Assembly: GCA_029938605.1 (NCBI GenBank)
Contig: JAOZUO010000013.1
Location: 6,462-70,461, forward strand
DNA: 64,000 bases
Direction of reading: 5' to 3'
Origin: Deltaproteobacteria bacterium
Lineage (GTDB): Bacteria; Myxococcota_A; Polyangia; HGW-17; JAJRWW01
In this document: positions 1-12,288 of the stretch, piece by piece
How the letters are laid out: each line of letters opens with the position of its first letter
How positions within the stretch are numbered: the first letter of the stretch is position 1
The notes under the pieces: model-generated
What the model saw: the letters and a program-made list of their open reading frames with translations, nothing else
Told to the model about the DNA's origin: nothing
Database searches by the model: none
Made by a program: the position numbers and the translations under genes

Positions 1-1689
1 CTTAATTGAGAGGTCAGCCAGCAGACCGTAGGTGGAGGCCTGATGGAGACCGGCGCGCAGCACCGCCTGATCCTTAGAGCCGGCGAGCACCTGGGCCACG
101 CGGGTCTGGCCGAATCTCCCCTCGAGGCGGGCCACGGCGCTGAGGGATTTCTGGATGCGGAGCCACTCGGATTCGGTGGGCGCCCGGCCGGTCACCCGGG
201 CGACGCCGCTTCGCCGCAGGCAATTGTCGCAGCGGTTGCCGCACACCCCCGTGGCGGTGGGATCGCCGAAGTACCGCAGGATGGTGGCGTGGCGGCACTC
301 CTTCGTATTGACGAAGCGCAGCAGACGCCGCAGCCGGGACTGATCCCGGTCGGCTTTCTCACGCAAAAAGTCCAGGTCCAGGTGGTCAATGTCCGCCGCG
401 GCCGGCCCCGGCGCCAGCAACGCGGGCCCTTGGTCTGCGTCGGGAACCCGACGTACTACGTCCAACCGGCCCAGCACGCCCAGGGCCGTCTCCATGGCCA
501 TCTGGTTGGCGCGACCACCCGTGGAAATCTCAGCGAAGACCGCCGCGGCGGACACCGGTTCGCGCCGGGGACCGGCCAAACGGGCCACCTCCCGCCCGAG
601 GCCACGGACAATGCCGGCGGGCGGATTGGACCCTTCATTGAAAAACTCCTGGGTGCGCACGTCCGCGTAGTTGTACAGCAGCTCGCAGTGGGACGGCGCA
701 CCGTCCCGCCCGGCCCGGCCGGCCTCCTGATAGTACGCCTCCAGGCTTCCGGGCACCTCCCAATGCACGATGAATCGCAGGTCAGCGCGATCGATGCCCA
801 TGCCAAAGGCGTTGGTGGCCACCACCACGTCCACCTCCCCGGAGACGAACTGATCCTGGGTATCACGCCGGATCTCGTCGCCCATGCCGGCGTGGTAGCC
901 CACACAGCGAACACCGTCTGCCCGCAGCCGCGCCGAGACCTTCTCGACGCTCTTGCGGGTGGCGCAGTAGACGATTCCCGTGCGGTGCTCCACCGCGAGG
1001 CCCAGGGTCCGACGGTACTTGTCGTCTTGTCCACGAACCTTGGTCACCGCCAGGGTCAAAGTCGGCCGGGCGAAGCCGCGGACCACCACCTCCGGAGCGT
1101 CCCTGGGCTCGACGCCCAACGCGAGCTGCCCGATGATGTCGTCGCGCACCTCGGGGGTGGCCGTGGCGGTGAGGCAGAGCACCTGGGGCTGGCCGAGCCG
1201 CGGCAGCACCTCGGCCAACTGGAGATAGTCCGGACGGAAGTCGTGGCCCCACATGGAGACGCAGTGGGCCTCATCCACGGCAAAGAGGTCCACCCCCGCG
1301 AGAATCATGGTCTCCACAAAGCGCGGGCTGCGGAACCTCTCCGGGGCCACGTACACGAGGTCGTAGCGTCGGTTGGCCAGGTCCCTCAGGCGTTGGTTGC
1401 GCTCGGGCGCCGAGAGGCTCGAGTTCACAAAGGTGGCCGCAATTCCGCTGGCGACCAGGCCGTCTACCTGATCCTTCATCAGAGCGATGAGCGGCGAGAT
1501 GACCAGGGTGAGTCCAGGCCGAAGGATCGCCGGCAACTGAAAGCACAGGGACTTGCCCCCGCCCGTGGGCATCACCGCCAGGCAGTCCCGGCCGGCCATG
1601 ACAGCCTCGATGACAGCCTCCTGCCCCTCTCGGAAGGTTGCGAAGCCAAAGTGACGCTGGAGCGCGTCCTGAGTTCTGGAACAAGTCAT
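1..1689 (-). CDS. recQ: ATP-dependent DNA helicase RecQ family, truncated at left window edge (absent from ORF track)
   Basis: Manual translation from ATG at 1689: MTCSRTQDALQRHFGFATFREGQE..MPTGGGKSLCFQLPA..LVISPLIALMKDQVD..VDEAHCVSMWGHDFRPDY. The frame is still open at position 1 (..STYGLLADLSIK, RQC-like). Confidence 0.95.
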   Translation of the reverse strand, partial: MTCSRTQDALQRHFGFATFREGQEAVIEAVMAGRDCLAVMPTGGGKSLCFQLPAILRPGLTLVISPLIALMKDQVDGLVASGIAATFVNSSLSAPERNQRLRDLANRRYDLVYVAPERFRSPRFVETMILAGVDLFAVDEAHCVSMWGHDFRPDYLQLAEVLPRLGQPQVLCLTATATPEVRDDIIGQLALGVEPRDAPEVVVRGFARPTLTLAVTKVRGQDDKYRRTLGLAVEHRTGIVYCATRKSVEKVSARLRADGVRCVGYHAGMGDEIRRDTQDQFVSGEVDVVVATNAFGMGIDRADLRFIVHWEVPGSLEAYYQEAGRAGRDGAPSHCELLYNYADVRTQEFFNEGSNPPAGIVRGLGREVARLAGPRREPVSAAAVFAEISTGGRANQMAMETALGVLGRLDVVRRVPDADQGPALLAPGPAAADIDHLDLDFLREKADRDQSRLRRLLRFVNTKECRHATILRYFGDPTATGVCGNRCDNCLRRSGVARVTGRAPTESEWLRIQKSLSAVARLEGRFGQTRVAQVLAGSKDQAVLRAGLHQASTYGLLADLSIK

Positions 1690-1751
1690 GTATCTGTGGT
1701 TATCGGCCCGTTGCCCAGTGTGGTTGCGAGAAAAATTCAGACACCTTCGCT

Positions 1752-2675
1752 CTATGCGAACAACCCAATCATGGGCCCGACCAGATACCGCGCGGCGATG
1801 AAAGTCAAAGCGACCCCGAGGATCACCTTCACCACGAACGCCGGCACCACGTTCTGCAGCCGGGCGCCCACGTAGACTCCGAACATACCGCCCAGCCCAA
1901 AGAGCAGCCCGAGCAGCCAGTCCGGCGACGTGTTGCCGCTGGCGCCGAGCGGCACGAAGGCGTAGAAAAACGCCCCCATCACCGAGGTCACCCAGGTGGA
2001 CAACAGCGACGCCCCCGCCACCACGAAGGGAGGCAACCGCATCACCGCGATGCAGAAAGGCGCCATGATGGCGCCGCCGCCGATGCCGTAGGCGCCCCCC
2101 ACCACACCCACAATCAACGACAGACCGAGCACCGGCACCGTGGGGCAGCGGTGGGTCTTTGCCCCCACGACGATGGTGATCTCCCGTAGGCTCACCCGCC
2201 CCCCGGTGATCCGTCCCGTGGGCAACTGCGGTGGCCCCCCGCCCGGCTCCTTCCGGTCCTTGTGATCCCGCCACACGCTTTGAAGCACGCGCACCGCCAG
2301 GTAGGCCAGCACCAGTCCCACGAAGGGCTTGAACCGCGCCGGCTCAGGCAGCAAGGTTACCCGCAGCCAGTAGCCCAAAAACACCCCGGGCAAGGTGCCC
2401 ACGGCGAGCACCGCGAATAGACTCCAGGCCAGATGCCCCTCTCGGATACGGCGCCACACACCCAAGGGGATGGCCACGATGTTGTACACAAAGTTGGTGG
2501 CGCTGACCCCGGGGGAGGTGTAGCCCAGCACGCTCATATTAAAGGGCAGTAAAATGAAAGCGCCGGTAACCCCGCCCATGGAGGTAGCCGACGCGATCAG
2601 GAACATGATCAGCGGCGGTAGCCAGAGATAGGTTTCGACGTCAGACGTCGGAAATCGGTAGAGCAGCGAATCCAT
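1752..2675 (-). CDS. Sulfite exporter TauE/SafE family membrane protein
   Basis: Multi-TM protein with TSMGGVTGAFILLP, GGAYGIGGGAIMAP and PDWLLGLLFGLGGMFGVYVGARLQ motifs. Confidence 0.85.
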   Translation of the reverse strand: MDSLLYRFPTSDVETYLWLPPLIMFLIASATSMGGVTGAFILLPFNMSVLGYTSPGVSATNFVYNIVAIPLGVWRRIREGHLAWSLFAVLAVGTLPGVFLGYWLRVTLLPEPARFKPFVGLVLAYLAVRVLQSVWRDHKDRKEPGGGPPQLPTGRITGGRVSLREITIVVGAKTHRCPTVPVLGLSLIVGVVGGAYGIGGGAIMAPFCIAVMRLPPFVVAGASLLSTWVTSVMGAFFYAFVPLGASGNTSPDWLLGLLFGLGGMFGVYVGARLQNVVPAFVVKVILGVALTFIAARYLVGPMIGLFA

Positions 2676-2810
2676 GGTGCAGGGCGCATGGTAGTCGAAA
2701 ATCCAGCTCTAAGGTCCCGAAAAAACGCGACTCCGTTGGGATGGTTGGATTTGACTCTCGAATGGGGGAGCCGCTTGACTGGCGAGCCCATCGGTCCGAC
2801 AATGCTGAGA

Positions 2811-5018
2811 ATGTTCCGACCGACACTGTTTGGAAAGTACCTGCTGACCCACCGTTTGGCCGTGGGGGGCATGGCCGAGATCTACAAAGCCAAGGTCTTT
2901 GGCGTGAGCGGGTTCGAAAAGGATCTGGTGGTCAAACAGATCCTGCCCCAGTACGCCAAGTACCGTGAGTTCATCAACATGTTTGTCGATGAGGCCAAGA
3001 TCACGGTCTCGCTCAGCCACGGCAACATCGTACCCGTCTACGAGCTGGGGCGAATCGAGGGCGTCTACTTCATCGCCATGGAGTACATCCATGGCCGCGA
3101 CCTGAGCCAGGCCATGCTCCGGGGCGCCGAGCTGGACCAGTTCTTCAGCCCGGAGCAGACCGTGGCGATGATGATCGACACACTCAAGGGGCTCGACTAC
3201 GCCCACCGTCGCAAGGACCGACAGGGCGAGTCCATGGGCATTGTGCACCGGGACGTGAGCCCCCAGAACGTGATGGTCTCCTTCGACGGCGAGGTGAAGA
3301 TCCTCGACTTCGGTATCGCCAAGGCCACCCAACGCCTGGTGGCCACGCACCCCGGAGCCGTACGGGGTAAATTCGGCTACTTGTCGCCGGAGCAGGCCGC
3401 CGGGGAGAACGTGGACCGCCGGGCGGACATCTTCGCCGCCGGCACGGTACTGTGGGAGCTGCTCACCATGCGGCGACTCTTCGGCACGGGCACCGAGGCC
3501 CAGGCCCTGGAAAACATCCGCAAAGCAGTGGTGGAGCCCCCCTCCAGCATCAACCCGGACGTGCCCGAGGCCCTGGACGACCTCGTGCTCCAAGCCCTCC
3601 AGAAATCGCCCGACGCGCGGTACAAGGACGCCGGCGCCTTCCAGTTGGCCCTGTCCAAATTCCTATACTCTTCCGGTGGCGCGGTGACCTCCGAGTCCAT
3701 CGGCAACTACATGAAGCGGATCTTCGCCGAACACCTGGATGCTGAAGAGGCGGCCGATCAGGATCCCCGGCGCCAGGAGGAGGTGGAGCGCCTCTACGAA
3801 GAGCTGGCCGAGAAGCTCCAGGGACAAAACACCGACCCGGGCCCCCGCCGACCCCGCCGACCCCGCCAGAGGACTCGTCAGGGTCGCCCCCCAGAGCGGA
3901 CGCGGCCGGGTCTGGGGGCGATCCAGCAGCCGCGCACACCAACCCGGCCGCGCCACACGCGGCCGGCCACGGGAGGAACCCCGCTGCCCCCGCGGCCTTT
4001 GACCCGCCCGCCGTCGATCCCGACGGGCTCAGTGCGCGGCCAACTGAACCACGAGGGAAAAACGCAGCCCGTGGAAGGGAGCAGCACGGCCGACAGCGCC
4101 GCCGACAGGGCATCGGCCAGCGAAGCCCTGGCTAAGGCCGCGGATCCCAACTACGATCTGGACGCCTTCCTGACCGAGCTGGCGCCCGAGCCCAGCGACG
4201 AGCCCGACGACATCCACATCGAATCCAAGTCCGCCCTGCAGTACGAGGTCTTCGCCTCACGGGAGGCGGATCTCGAGGAGTCCATCTTCGCCCACAGCGG
4301 CAAGTCCGCGCCGGTGGGCTGGCTCCTGGCCGTGGTTGTGGCCGTGCTCTTCTCAGGCTGGCTTTTGGCCACCCAGACCAATGTTTTCAAAGGAAAGGGA
4401 CCATCCAAAAAGGCAGGCGCCAAACCGCAGGTCACCGGGCAGGTAGTGGTGCGGGTGACACCCCAGTTTGATTCTTCCCAGACCGTGCCCGTCCGGTATC
4501 GGATCTACTGGCACCAGGGTGCCGGTCCAGCCACTCTCTCGGACCTGCCCATGGGCCAGAATCACCTGTTGCTGGTGGAGCTCGCCGGCTACAACGCGCA
4601 GTGGGTTAAGGTCCCCAAAAACGCCTGGAGTCCCCGACCCAACCACCCGGGATCCTCCAACGCCTGGCAGCGCAAGCTTCAGATCCGTCTCAGTGCGGGT
4701 TCCGGTAAACCTCCCAAGCCGATCATCGTCAAGCCGCCCCTCGACACCGTGATCCCGCCGCCAGGGCACACCGGGCAGCTCCTGATCGAGACCGAGCCCT
4801 CGGGCGCCCAGATCTGGTTGCTGGCCGGCGACGAGTTCAAGGCCGAACACTTAGACCCCAAGAAGTACCACCGGTTCATGGGACTGTCCCGGTTGGGTCG
4901 GGGCCGAATCATCCTCACCATCCAACCGTACAAGACCGAGGACAATCCGGGCGACTGGAAGATCCCCAAGGAGGGCGGGACCACCCTGCAGTACGAGGGT
5001 GTTCTGAAGATGAAGTAG
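2811..5018 (+). CDS. Membrane-anchored Hanks-type Ser/Thr protein kinase (myxobacterial Pkn type)
   Basis: FGKYLL..LAVGGMAEIYKA, VVKQIL, HRDVSPQNVM, DFGIAKA, GKFGYLSPEQ; Pro-rich linker, one TM helix, PEGA-like extracellular part. Start probably 2802 or 2811, not 2688. Confidence 0.92.
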   Translation: MFRPTLFGKYLLTHRLAVGGMAEIYKAKVFGVSGFEKDLVVKQILPQYAKYREFINMFVDEAKITVSLSHGNIVPVYELGRIEGVYFIAMEYIHGRDLSQAMLRGAELDQFFSPEQTVAMMIDTLKGLDYAHRRKDRQGESMGIVHRDVSPQNVMVSFDGEVKILDFGIAKATQRLVATHPGAVRGKFGYLSPEQAAGENVDRRADIFAAGTVLWELLTMRRLFGTGTEAQALENIRKAVVEPPSSINPDVPEALDDLVLQALQKSPDARYKDAGAFQLALSKFLYSSGGAVTSESIGNYMKRIFAEHLDAEEAADQDPRRQEEVERLYEELAEKLQGQNTDPGPRRPRRPRQRTRQGRPPERTRPGLGAIQQPRTPTRPRHTRPATGGTPLPPRPLTRPPSIPTGSVRGQLNHEGKTQPVEGSSTADSAADRASASEALAKAADPNYDLDAFLTELAPEPSDEPDDIHIESKSALQYEVFASREADLEESIFAHSGKSAPVGWLLAVVVAVLFSGWLLATQTNVFKGKGPSKKAGAKPQVTGQVVVRVTPQFDSSQTVPVRYRIYWHQGAGPATLSDLPMGQNHLLLVELAGYNAQWVKVPKNAWSPRPNHPGSSNAWQRKLQIRLSAGSGKPPKPIIVKPPLDTVIPPPGHTGQLLIETEPSGAQIWLLAGDEFKAEHLDPKKYHRFMGLSRLGRGRIILTIQPYKTEDNPGDWKIPKEGGTTLQYEGVLKMK

Positions 5019-5030
5019 GGCCCGCGGAGG

Positions 5031-6650
5031 TCAGCGAGGGGGCGGCGACACGGCGGGGGTCATTGCGCGTCGCGGGGTTCGCCGTGTCCGCCGTGTCTGA
5101 TGGGGACGCTGCTTCACCGAGCGCAGGTCTCCCGAAGCCGCGAGCAGGTAGTCCACCACCAAGTTCGACAGCAGATTCACGCCCACCGCCAGGCAGCCCT
5201 CGTCCGCCACGAAACCCGGCGTTCGAATGCGGCTGGGCTTTTGCCCCCGGGTGGACGACCCAAGCTGGATCAGCACCGAAGGCACGCGCCTGCGGAACTG
5301 GTCAAACCCAGAGTCAGTCACCGGCGGCACCGCCGAGATGCGGATGCCCCGACGCCGCAAGACCCGCACCGCCGTCCCCAGGGTCCACTGGGCCAACCGT
5401 GGGTTGTTGCCGATGAGAATGCCACCGTGCTTAAAGGTCGCCCGGGCCCGGCCCCCCGACAGCGCCGCCGCGGCGGCCGCTGCCCGCCGCACCAGATGCA
5501 TGGCGATGTTCCGATCCAGGATCCGTCGCCATCGGATGGTGCCCTTAATGGCCAGCTTCGTGGGCAACATATCCCCCGACCGCCCACCGTGGATGGCCCC
5601 TACGGTGATGAGCAACCGGCCGGCCGCGTTCATGCGGGAGTGAGGGATGTTCCGCAGGTTGAGCACGAGCTGAGCCGCGGCGGCGATGAGGTCCGGACAC
5701 CGCGGCCCCGGCCGCCGGCAGGCCCCGCGACTGGGCGAGGTCAACACGATCTCGAACCGCGCCACGCCGCCGCCGCCGGTGGAGGTATCGATGGCGATCT
5801 CCGTCACCCGTAGCTGAGGCTGGAGCTGCACCGCGAACAGCGCGTTCACCGACGGCGCCGCGAGCACTCCGTCGGCGATCATGGCCCGGGCGCCGCCGCG
5901 CTCTCCAGGAGGCGGCCCCTCCGATGCGGGCTGAAAGATCAGCTTCACGGTGCCCGGCAGTTTGCTCCTGAGGTCCGAGACAATCTCCGCTACCCCCAGC
6001 AACATCGCCACCTCGAACTCGTTCCCCGCCGCGTGGCTCACGGGCACCATGCGCCGCATGAACCGCGCCTTCTCCGTGGAGGCGTACTCCAAACCGGACT
6101 TCTCCTCCACCGCCACTCCGTCCATGGCCGCCCGAAGGGCCACCACCGGCCCGGGGCGACCGCCTTTGATGAGCGCCACCACGCCCGTACCCGCCAGCCC
6201 CTTCGACTCCAGACCGAGCTCCTTGAGGGCCGATCGGATCATGGCCGCGGTGCGCACCTCCCGGTTGGCCAGCTCGGGCAGCTTGTGCAGCTTGCGGCGC
6301 AGGATCTGTAGGTCCGCCTCCATGGCCTGGACCCGCCCCCAGATGGGCCGGGAGAAGCGGGACTCTCGCCGGCGAACCCGGCTAATGGCTCCGCTTCGGG
6401 ACAGCAGGGGCATGTCCTCAAGGCCCAGCAGCAGTGACTCATCCTTGGGCTTGGATTTCTTCGCGGCCCGCTCGCTCCGAACCTGGATGCCGCGGTCCTG
6501 ACCCTCCTCCAGATTTCGACCACAGATCACCAGCAGCGTGACCGCCGACACGATCATACCCACCAGAAACACGATGCGCCAACTCTCGCGTCCACCGCGA
6601 CGGCGCCTGAGGAACCGATCATCGTACATAGCAACGAGATCCAATAGCAC
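5031..6650 (-). CDS. M20D amidohydrolase homolog with N-terminal TM helix; metal ligands substituted (probable pseudoenzyme)
   Basis: Scaffold motifs LHKLPELANRE..T, TGVVALIKGGRPGPVVALRA, GTVKLIFQPA are intact. RADMD reads RAAMD, HACGHD reads HAAGNE, PAEEG reads PASEG. Confidence 0.8.
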   Translation of the reverse strand: MLLDLVAMYDDRFLRRRRGGRESWRIVFLVGMIVSAVTLLVICGRNLEEGQDRGIQVRSERAAKKSKPKDESLLLGLEDMPLLSRSGAISRVRRRESRFSRPIWGRVQAMEADLQILRRKLHKLPELANREVRTAAMIRSALKELGLESKGLAGTGVVALIKGGRPGPVVALRAAMDGVAVEEKSGLEYASTEKARFMRRMVPVSHAAGNEFEVAMLLGVAEIVSDLRSKLPGTVKLIFQPASEGPPPGERGGARAMIADGVLAAPSVNALFAVQLQPQLRVTEIAIDTSTGGGGVARFEIVLTSPSRGACRRPGPRCPDLIAAAAQLVLNLRNIPHSRMNAAGRLLITVGAIHGGRSGDMLPTKLAIKGTIRWRRILDRNIAMHLVRRAAAAAAALSGGRARATFKHGGILIGNNPRLAQWTLGTAVRVLRRRGIRISAVPPVTDSGFDQFRRRVPSVLIQLGSSTRGQKPSRIRTPGFVADEGCLAVGVNLLSNLVVDYLLAASGDLRSVKQRPHQTRRTRRTPRRAMTPAVSPPPR

Positions 6651-6700
6651 GGGTGACCCCTAACGGTCCAGACCCGGCCACAATCATTGTACCAGTGGAG

Positions 6701-7843
6701 TCAACGTCCGATCTTCCCAGAAAGATGCCGGCGAAGGATCTCCTGTACGAACCAGCGGGTCATGGCGCTGTGGGCGTCCAGGTCGTCGTCGCCAGGTGGG
6801 TTCCCAGACCCCGACTGGGCCTCTTGGGCCAACGGGCGGTGTCGCGCCTTGAAGAGCCACCACCCCCGATCATTGCCCAGGCAGGACTCGTAACGCGTGC
6901 GATCACACCGCACCACATCGCTGACCCCAAGGCCGCGGGCGAAGCCATCGAGGTCCCGATCGAGGGTCGCGTACCACGTCTGGGGCTCCACCCACATGGC
7001 GGCGACCCGGGTGGACGTTCCGGCGAGGGCATCCCGAAGGAAACGGCCCCCGCCGTAGCCGTGAAAGCAGATGTCCATGAGCCCCAGGGTGGTAACATGA
7101 ACCCCTTGGGTCCGAAGAGCTCTCACCCGCTCAGCCACATGGAACAGGCCGTTTCGCTTCCGGGACGTCACCACACAGCCGGCGCCGCTGTGGCCAAATA
7201 CGCTCACCTGCCGACGGTCCACACGCGCTGATCCCAGCACTGAAAGCTCCGCCTCCAGAACGGTCACGAAGTCTGCGAGATTGAAGCCGGCCGGGGTCCA
7301 CAGGGAGGGGCTCGCGTGCGCATCTCGAGTCTGACTGGGCGCGGCCACGATCACCGGCACGGCGACTCCCCGCTCCAGCGCGCTCTTGAACTCCAGGCTC
7401 AGATTCAGCGGCGGGGCAAGGAGCCGGTGGACCCCACCCGGCTTCGGCATAGAGTCGGTGCCGTGCAACAACACCACCAAGGGGTAGGGCCCACCCCGTT
7501 GTCGGGCGATCGCCGGGATCCACACCCGCCCGCCACCGGTTTGCGTCTCCAGCAGCAACTTCTCATCCCGGTATGAGAAGTCGACCACGCAGTCCCCCCG
7601 GACCGGACATCCCCGATCCAGCTTCGCTTCGGACCCCACCGGGTCACGGCCCAAGAGCCCATCGCCCACACCCGGTGCACGGGCTAGACGGGGCGACTCA
7701 AGGCGCACCCCCACATCCGGGACCGACGCCGCCGAAAACCACAGGAGCGCAACCATGCTGGCAGCCAACAGCACCAAACCAGTACCCAGCCAGTAACGGC
7801 CCGTCCAGAAATAAGTCCTCGTTTCCCGGAGGGGATCACGCAT
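6701..7843 (-). CDS. Membrane-anchored or secreted alpha/beta-hydrolase-like protein
   Basis: N-terminal hydrophobic helix, VVLLHG, nucleophile elbow VFGHSGAG, later Asp (LMD) and C-terminal His (DAHSAM). Confidence 0.6.
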   Translation of the reverse strand: MRDPLRETRTYFWTGRYWLGTGLVLLAASMVALLWFSAASVPDVGVRLESPRLARAPGVGDGLLGRDPVGSEAKLDRGCPVRGDCVVDFSYRDEKLLLETQTGGGRVWIPAIARQRGGPYPLVVLLHGTDSMPKPGGVHRLLAPPLNLSLEFKSALERGVAVPVIVAAPSQTRDAHASPSLWTPAGFNLADFVTVLEAELSVLGSARVDRRQVSVFGHSGAGCVVTSRKRNGLFHVAERVRALRTQGVHVTTLGLMDICFHGYGGGRFLRDALAGTSTRVAAMWVEPQTWYATLDRDLDGFARGLGVSDVVRCDRTRYESCLGNDRGWWLFKARHRPLAQEAQSGSGNPPGDDDLDAHSAMTRWFVQEILRRHLSGKIGR

Positions 7844-8097
7844 TCACCACTCTTATCACGCGGCAGAGCAAACCGCGGATTTCTCCACGGGCCCCGATAG
7901 CCCCGTGCTACACTGCAAAAGATGTCGTGGACCGGTGGCCTTCCCCACGAATCCCCATGAACACCATGCGACACTTGACCTTTCAGGGCCCGTCTCAAAA
8001 CAAGTCCTCGAATCAGGGCGTCGATGCGCCCGGCTCGCGAGGCGCGCCGAGGCGCATACTTATTGATATGCAACGAGAAGCAACGAAACGAGCCGGG

Positions 8098-8745
8098 ATG
8101 CAGCGGCGTCATGAGCGATCGAGTTGTTTTGAGACGGGCCCTCAACATCGCCCTACGGCACCACGCTCCGGGCTCCACCACTTCGGCCCGGCCGTGCTGC
8201 TCACCATGGCCGGGCTCGCCCTGCTAACCACGGGCTGCCCTGTGAGCAAGTTCAATAAAATGAACGCACGCCCCTGGCAGCCCAAGCTTGCGGTGCTCTT
8301 CGACAATGCCACGGACGTCTGCTCCCCTTGGGTCGCCTCGTCCGAGCCCTGGGCGCGTCGGGAGCACGAGCTCACGGCGAGACGCTGCCTGGACACCGAC
8401 CTGGTGGCAGTGGGAGAAATCCAAGAGGTGGTCGACACCCTCTCCGGGGCGGCGGTGAAGCAGGTGGTGCTGCAGTTCCACGTCAAAAAAATGTTGCGGG
8501 GAAACATCGAAGATCTGCCGGACGGAAAGCGGCGCGTCACCCTGGTGGTCTCGAAGTCCGAGGAAGCCAGCATCCCCAAGAGGATGCTCCGACGTACCGC
8601 GGTCCTGTCGCTTCGCTGGCTTCAGGGCACTGATCCCCCCTTCCGCTGGCATCTCACCTGCGCCACCAAGGGCGTGGTTCCCCTGGTCAAAAAGCACACC
8701 CAGGCCCGGAACCGAAAAGAGGCCGGCGAGACGCCTCAGCTGTAA
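8098..8745 (+). CDS. Hypothetical lipoprotein
   Basis: Lipobox-like LALLTTGC; globular C-terminal part. Start 8098 or 8206; the upstream part of ORF 7573 looks non-coding. Confidence 0.55.
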   Translation: MQRRHERSSCFETGPQHRPTAPRSGLHHFGPAVLLTMAGLALLTTGCPVSKFNKMNARPWQPKLAVLFDNATDVCSPWVASSEPWARREHELTARRCLDTDLVAVGEIQEVVDTLSGAAVKQVVLQFHVKKMLRGNIEDLPDGKRRVTLVVSKSEEASIPKRMLRRTAVLSLRWLQGTDPPFRWHLTCATKGVVPLVKKHTQARNRKEAGETPQL

Positions 8746-8787
8746 GGACCCTAAGGGCCCTAAGGGCCCGAAAGATCCTAAGGACCC
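8743..8787. repeat. Degenerate 9-nt tandem repeat (TAAGGRCCC, 5 units) at convergent junction
   Basis: taaggaccc taagggccc taagggccc gaaagatcc taaggaccc, starting at the stop codon of the upstream gene. Confidence 0.85.
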
Positions 8788-8823
8788 TGGTTCCCCAACG
8801 ACAGCTCGGCACACTGAGAAAAC

Positions 8824-10524
<1,701 letters not shown>

Positions 10525-10702
10525 GGTGTATTCCTCACTGATTCTGGTGCCGATTCAGACCCCCCCTGTATACCACTAATTCAATCGGGTGCCCCCCTTA
10601 GGATTGGGCCCCTCGACGAAGCAGTTGATCCCCGACCCCCTCTTTGGGCATACTAAGATCTAGAGACTATTGTGCTTTGACTAGCCCATAGGAGAAACCC
10701 CC

Positions 10703-12274
10703 ATGAGACGCTTTCTATTGTGCGGGATGATCATCGTCGTCGCGGCCGGGGCGGGGGCCTGCGACGCCGACAGCTCCACTGCCCTTGGTGACACCGAGAA
10801 CTGTACCAACGGCGCCGACGATGACGGGGATGGTGCCGTCGACTGCGGGGACGCCGATTGCCACGGCCACGCCTACTGTCTGGCCTACTCCGAGTACAAC
10901 TGCGACAACGGCGCGGACGACGACGGCGACGGCCTCTACGACTGCGACGATCCGGACTGCCAGCAGACGTCCGCGTGCGACCCCACCCGGGAGTGGCATT
11001 GCCACGACGGCGTGGACAACGACAGCGACGGCCGCACCGACTGCGACGACCCGGACTGCCTCGAAGCCTGCACGGAGCTCTGCGACGACGACGTGGACAA
11101 CGACAACGACGGCCAGATCGACTGCGCCGACTCCGACTGCTTCAGCGAGGAAGGCTGCCACGCCGGAGATGAGATCTGCCGCAACGGCGAAGACGACGAC
11201 GGCGACGATCTGACCGACTGCGACGACCCGGACTGCGCGGACCTGCCTACCTGCACTCCCGTGGAGATCTGCAACAACGATGGCGTGGACGACGACGACG
11301 ACGGCCTCGCCGACTGCGCCGACCCCGACTGCTTGGACAATCCCTACTGCCAAGAGCTGCTGTGCGACGACGGCGTGGACAACGACGCAAACGGCCTGGT
11401 GGACTGTGACGACGCCGTGTGCGTCGGCATGGCCGGCTGCATCCCCAGCCCCAACTGCGTCCCCTCAGAGCCGCTGACGTGCGGGGACATCATCGACGGC
11501 AGCACCGTCGGCCGCCTTAGCAACTTCGACACCTACCAATGCCTACCGGGCAGCTTCGTCGGCGGTGAGCGCTACTACCTCATTACGCCGGACCCCGGCC
11601 AGGCCGTCACCGTCGCGCTCAACGACTACTCATGGAACGAAGATCTGCGGCTCATCGTGTCGTCCACTAACGACTCGGCGGGCGGCTGCGACCCCTCCAA
11701 CCCCTGTACCATCTCGAGCGATACCATCGCCGCGGATCAGGAGGTGACAACCGACGTGGACTCCACCACCAACCTGTGGGTTATCGTCGACAGCGACACC
11801 GCGGGCGGCGGACTCTTCGATCTCGAGGTAGTCTGCTTGCCGTTGCACGAGTTGGACTGCGACGATGGATGGGATGACGACGGCGACGAGCTGATCGACT
11901 GCATGGATCCAGACTGCGCCAACACCGCAACCTGCTCATACACCTGGGCCGACGCCGGCGTCGAATGCCAGGACCCCACCGATTGTATCCCCTCGCCCAG
12001 TCACTTCTGTCGACAACCGCCGGGCAACCCCGGCGCCGAGGGCTTCTGCTCCCGGGAGTGCAGCACCCTCGGCGAACTGGATGGTCAGTGTGCCCCCGGC
12101 GACCCTGGTCTGCATGGCTACTGCTTCGGGGAAAACGGCGGTGGCGGCTTCTGCGGCTACCCCTGCGGCCCCGGCTTCGCCGGCATGTACCAGTGCCCCT
12201 CCGACTGGCACTGCATCAACCCCGTCGACGGCTCCATCACCAACATTGACTACGGCGTCTGCACGCCGAACTAG
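10703..12274 (+). CDS. Cys/Asp-rich repeat lipoprotein (CxNGxDDDxDGxxDCxDxDC repeats plus PPC-like domain)
   Basis: Lipobox AGAGAC; about 8 CxD/NGxDxDxDGxxDCxDxDC units; AGGAG RBS upstream. Confidence 0.85.
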   Translation: MRRFLLCGMIIVVAAGAGACDADSSTALGDTENCTNGADDDGDGAVDCGDADCHGHAYCLAYSEYNCDNGADDDGDGLYDCDDPDCQQTSACDPTREWHCHDGVDNDSDGRTDCDDPDCLEACTELCDDDVDNDNDGQIDCADSDCFSEEGCHAGDEICRNGEDDDGDDLTDCDDPDCADLPTCTPVEICNNDGVDDDDDGLADCADPDCLDNPYCQELLCDDGVDNDANGLVDCDDAVCVGMAGCIPSPNCVPSEPLTCGDIIDGSTVGRLSNFDTYQCLPGSFVGGERYYLITPDPGQAVTVALNDYSWNEDLRLIVSSTNDSAGGCDPSNPCTISSDTIAADQEVTTDVDSTTNLWVIVDSDTAGGGLFDLEVVCLPLHELDCDDGWDDDGDELIDCMDPDCANTATCSYTWADAGVECQDPTDCIPSPSHFCRQPPGNPGAEGFCSRECSTLGELDGQCAPGDPGLHGYCFGENGGGGFCGYPCGPGFAGMYQCPSDWHCINPVDGSITNIDYGVCTPN

Positions 12275-12288
12275 AAACACACCAAACC

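Noticed and set aside
43-1875. 610-aa plus-strand ORF
   Set aside because: Antisense shadow of recQ, which has all helicase motifs on the minus strand; the shadow has no recognisable motif.
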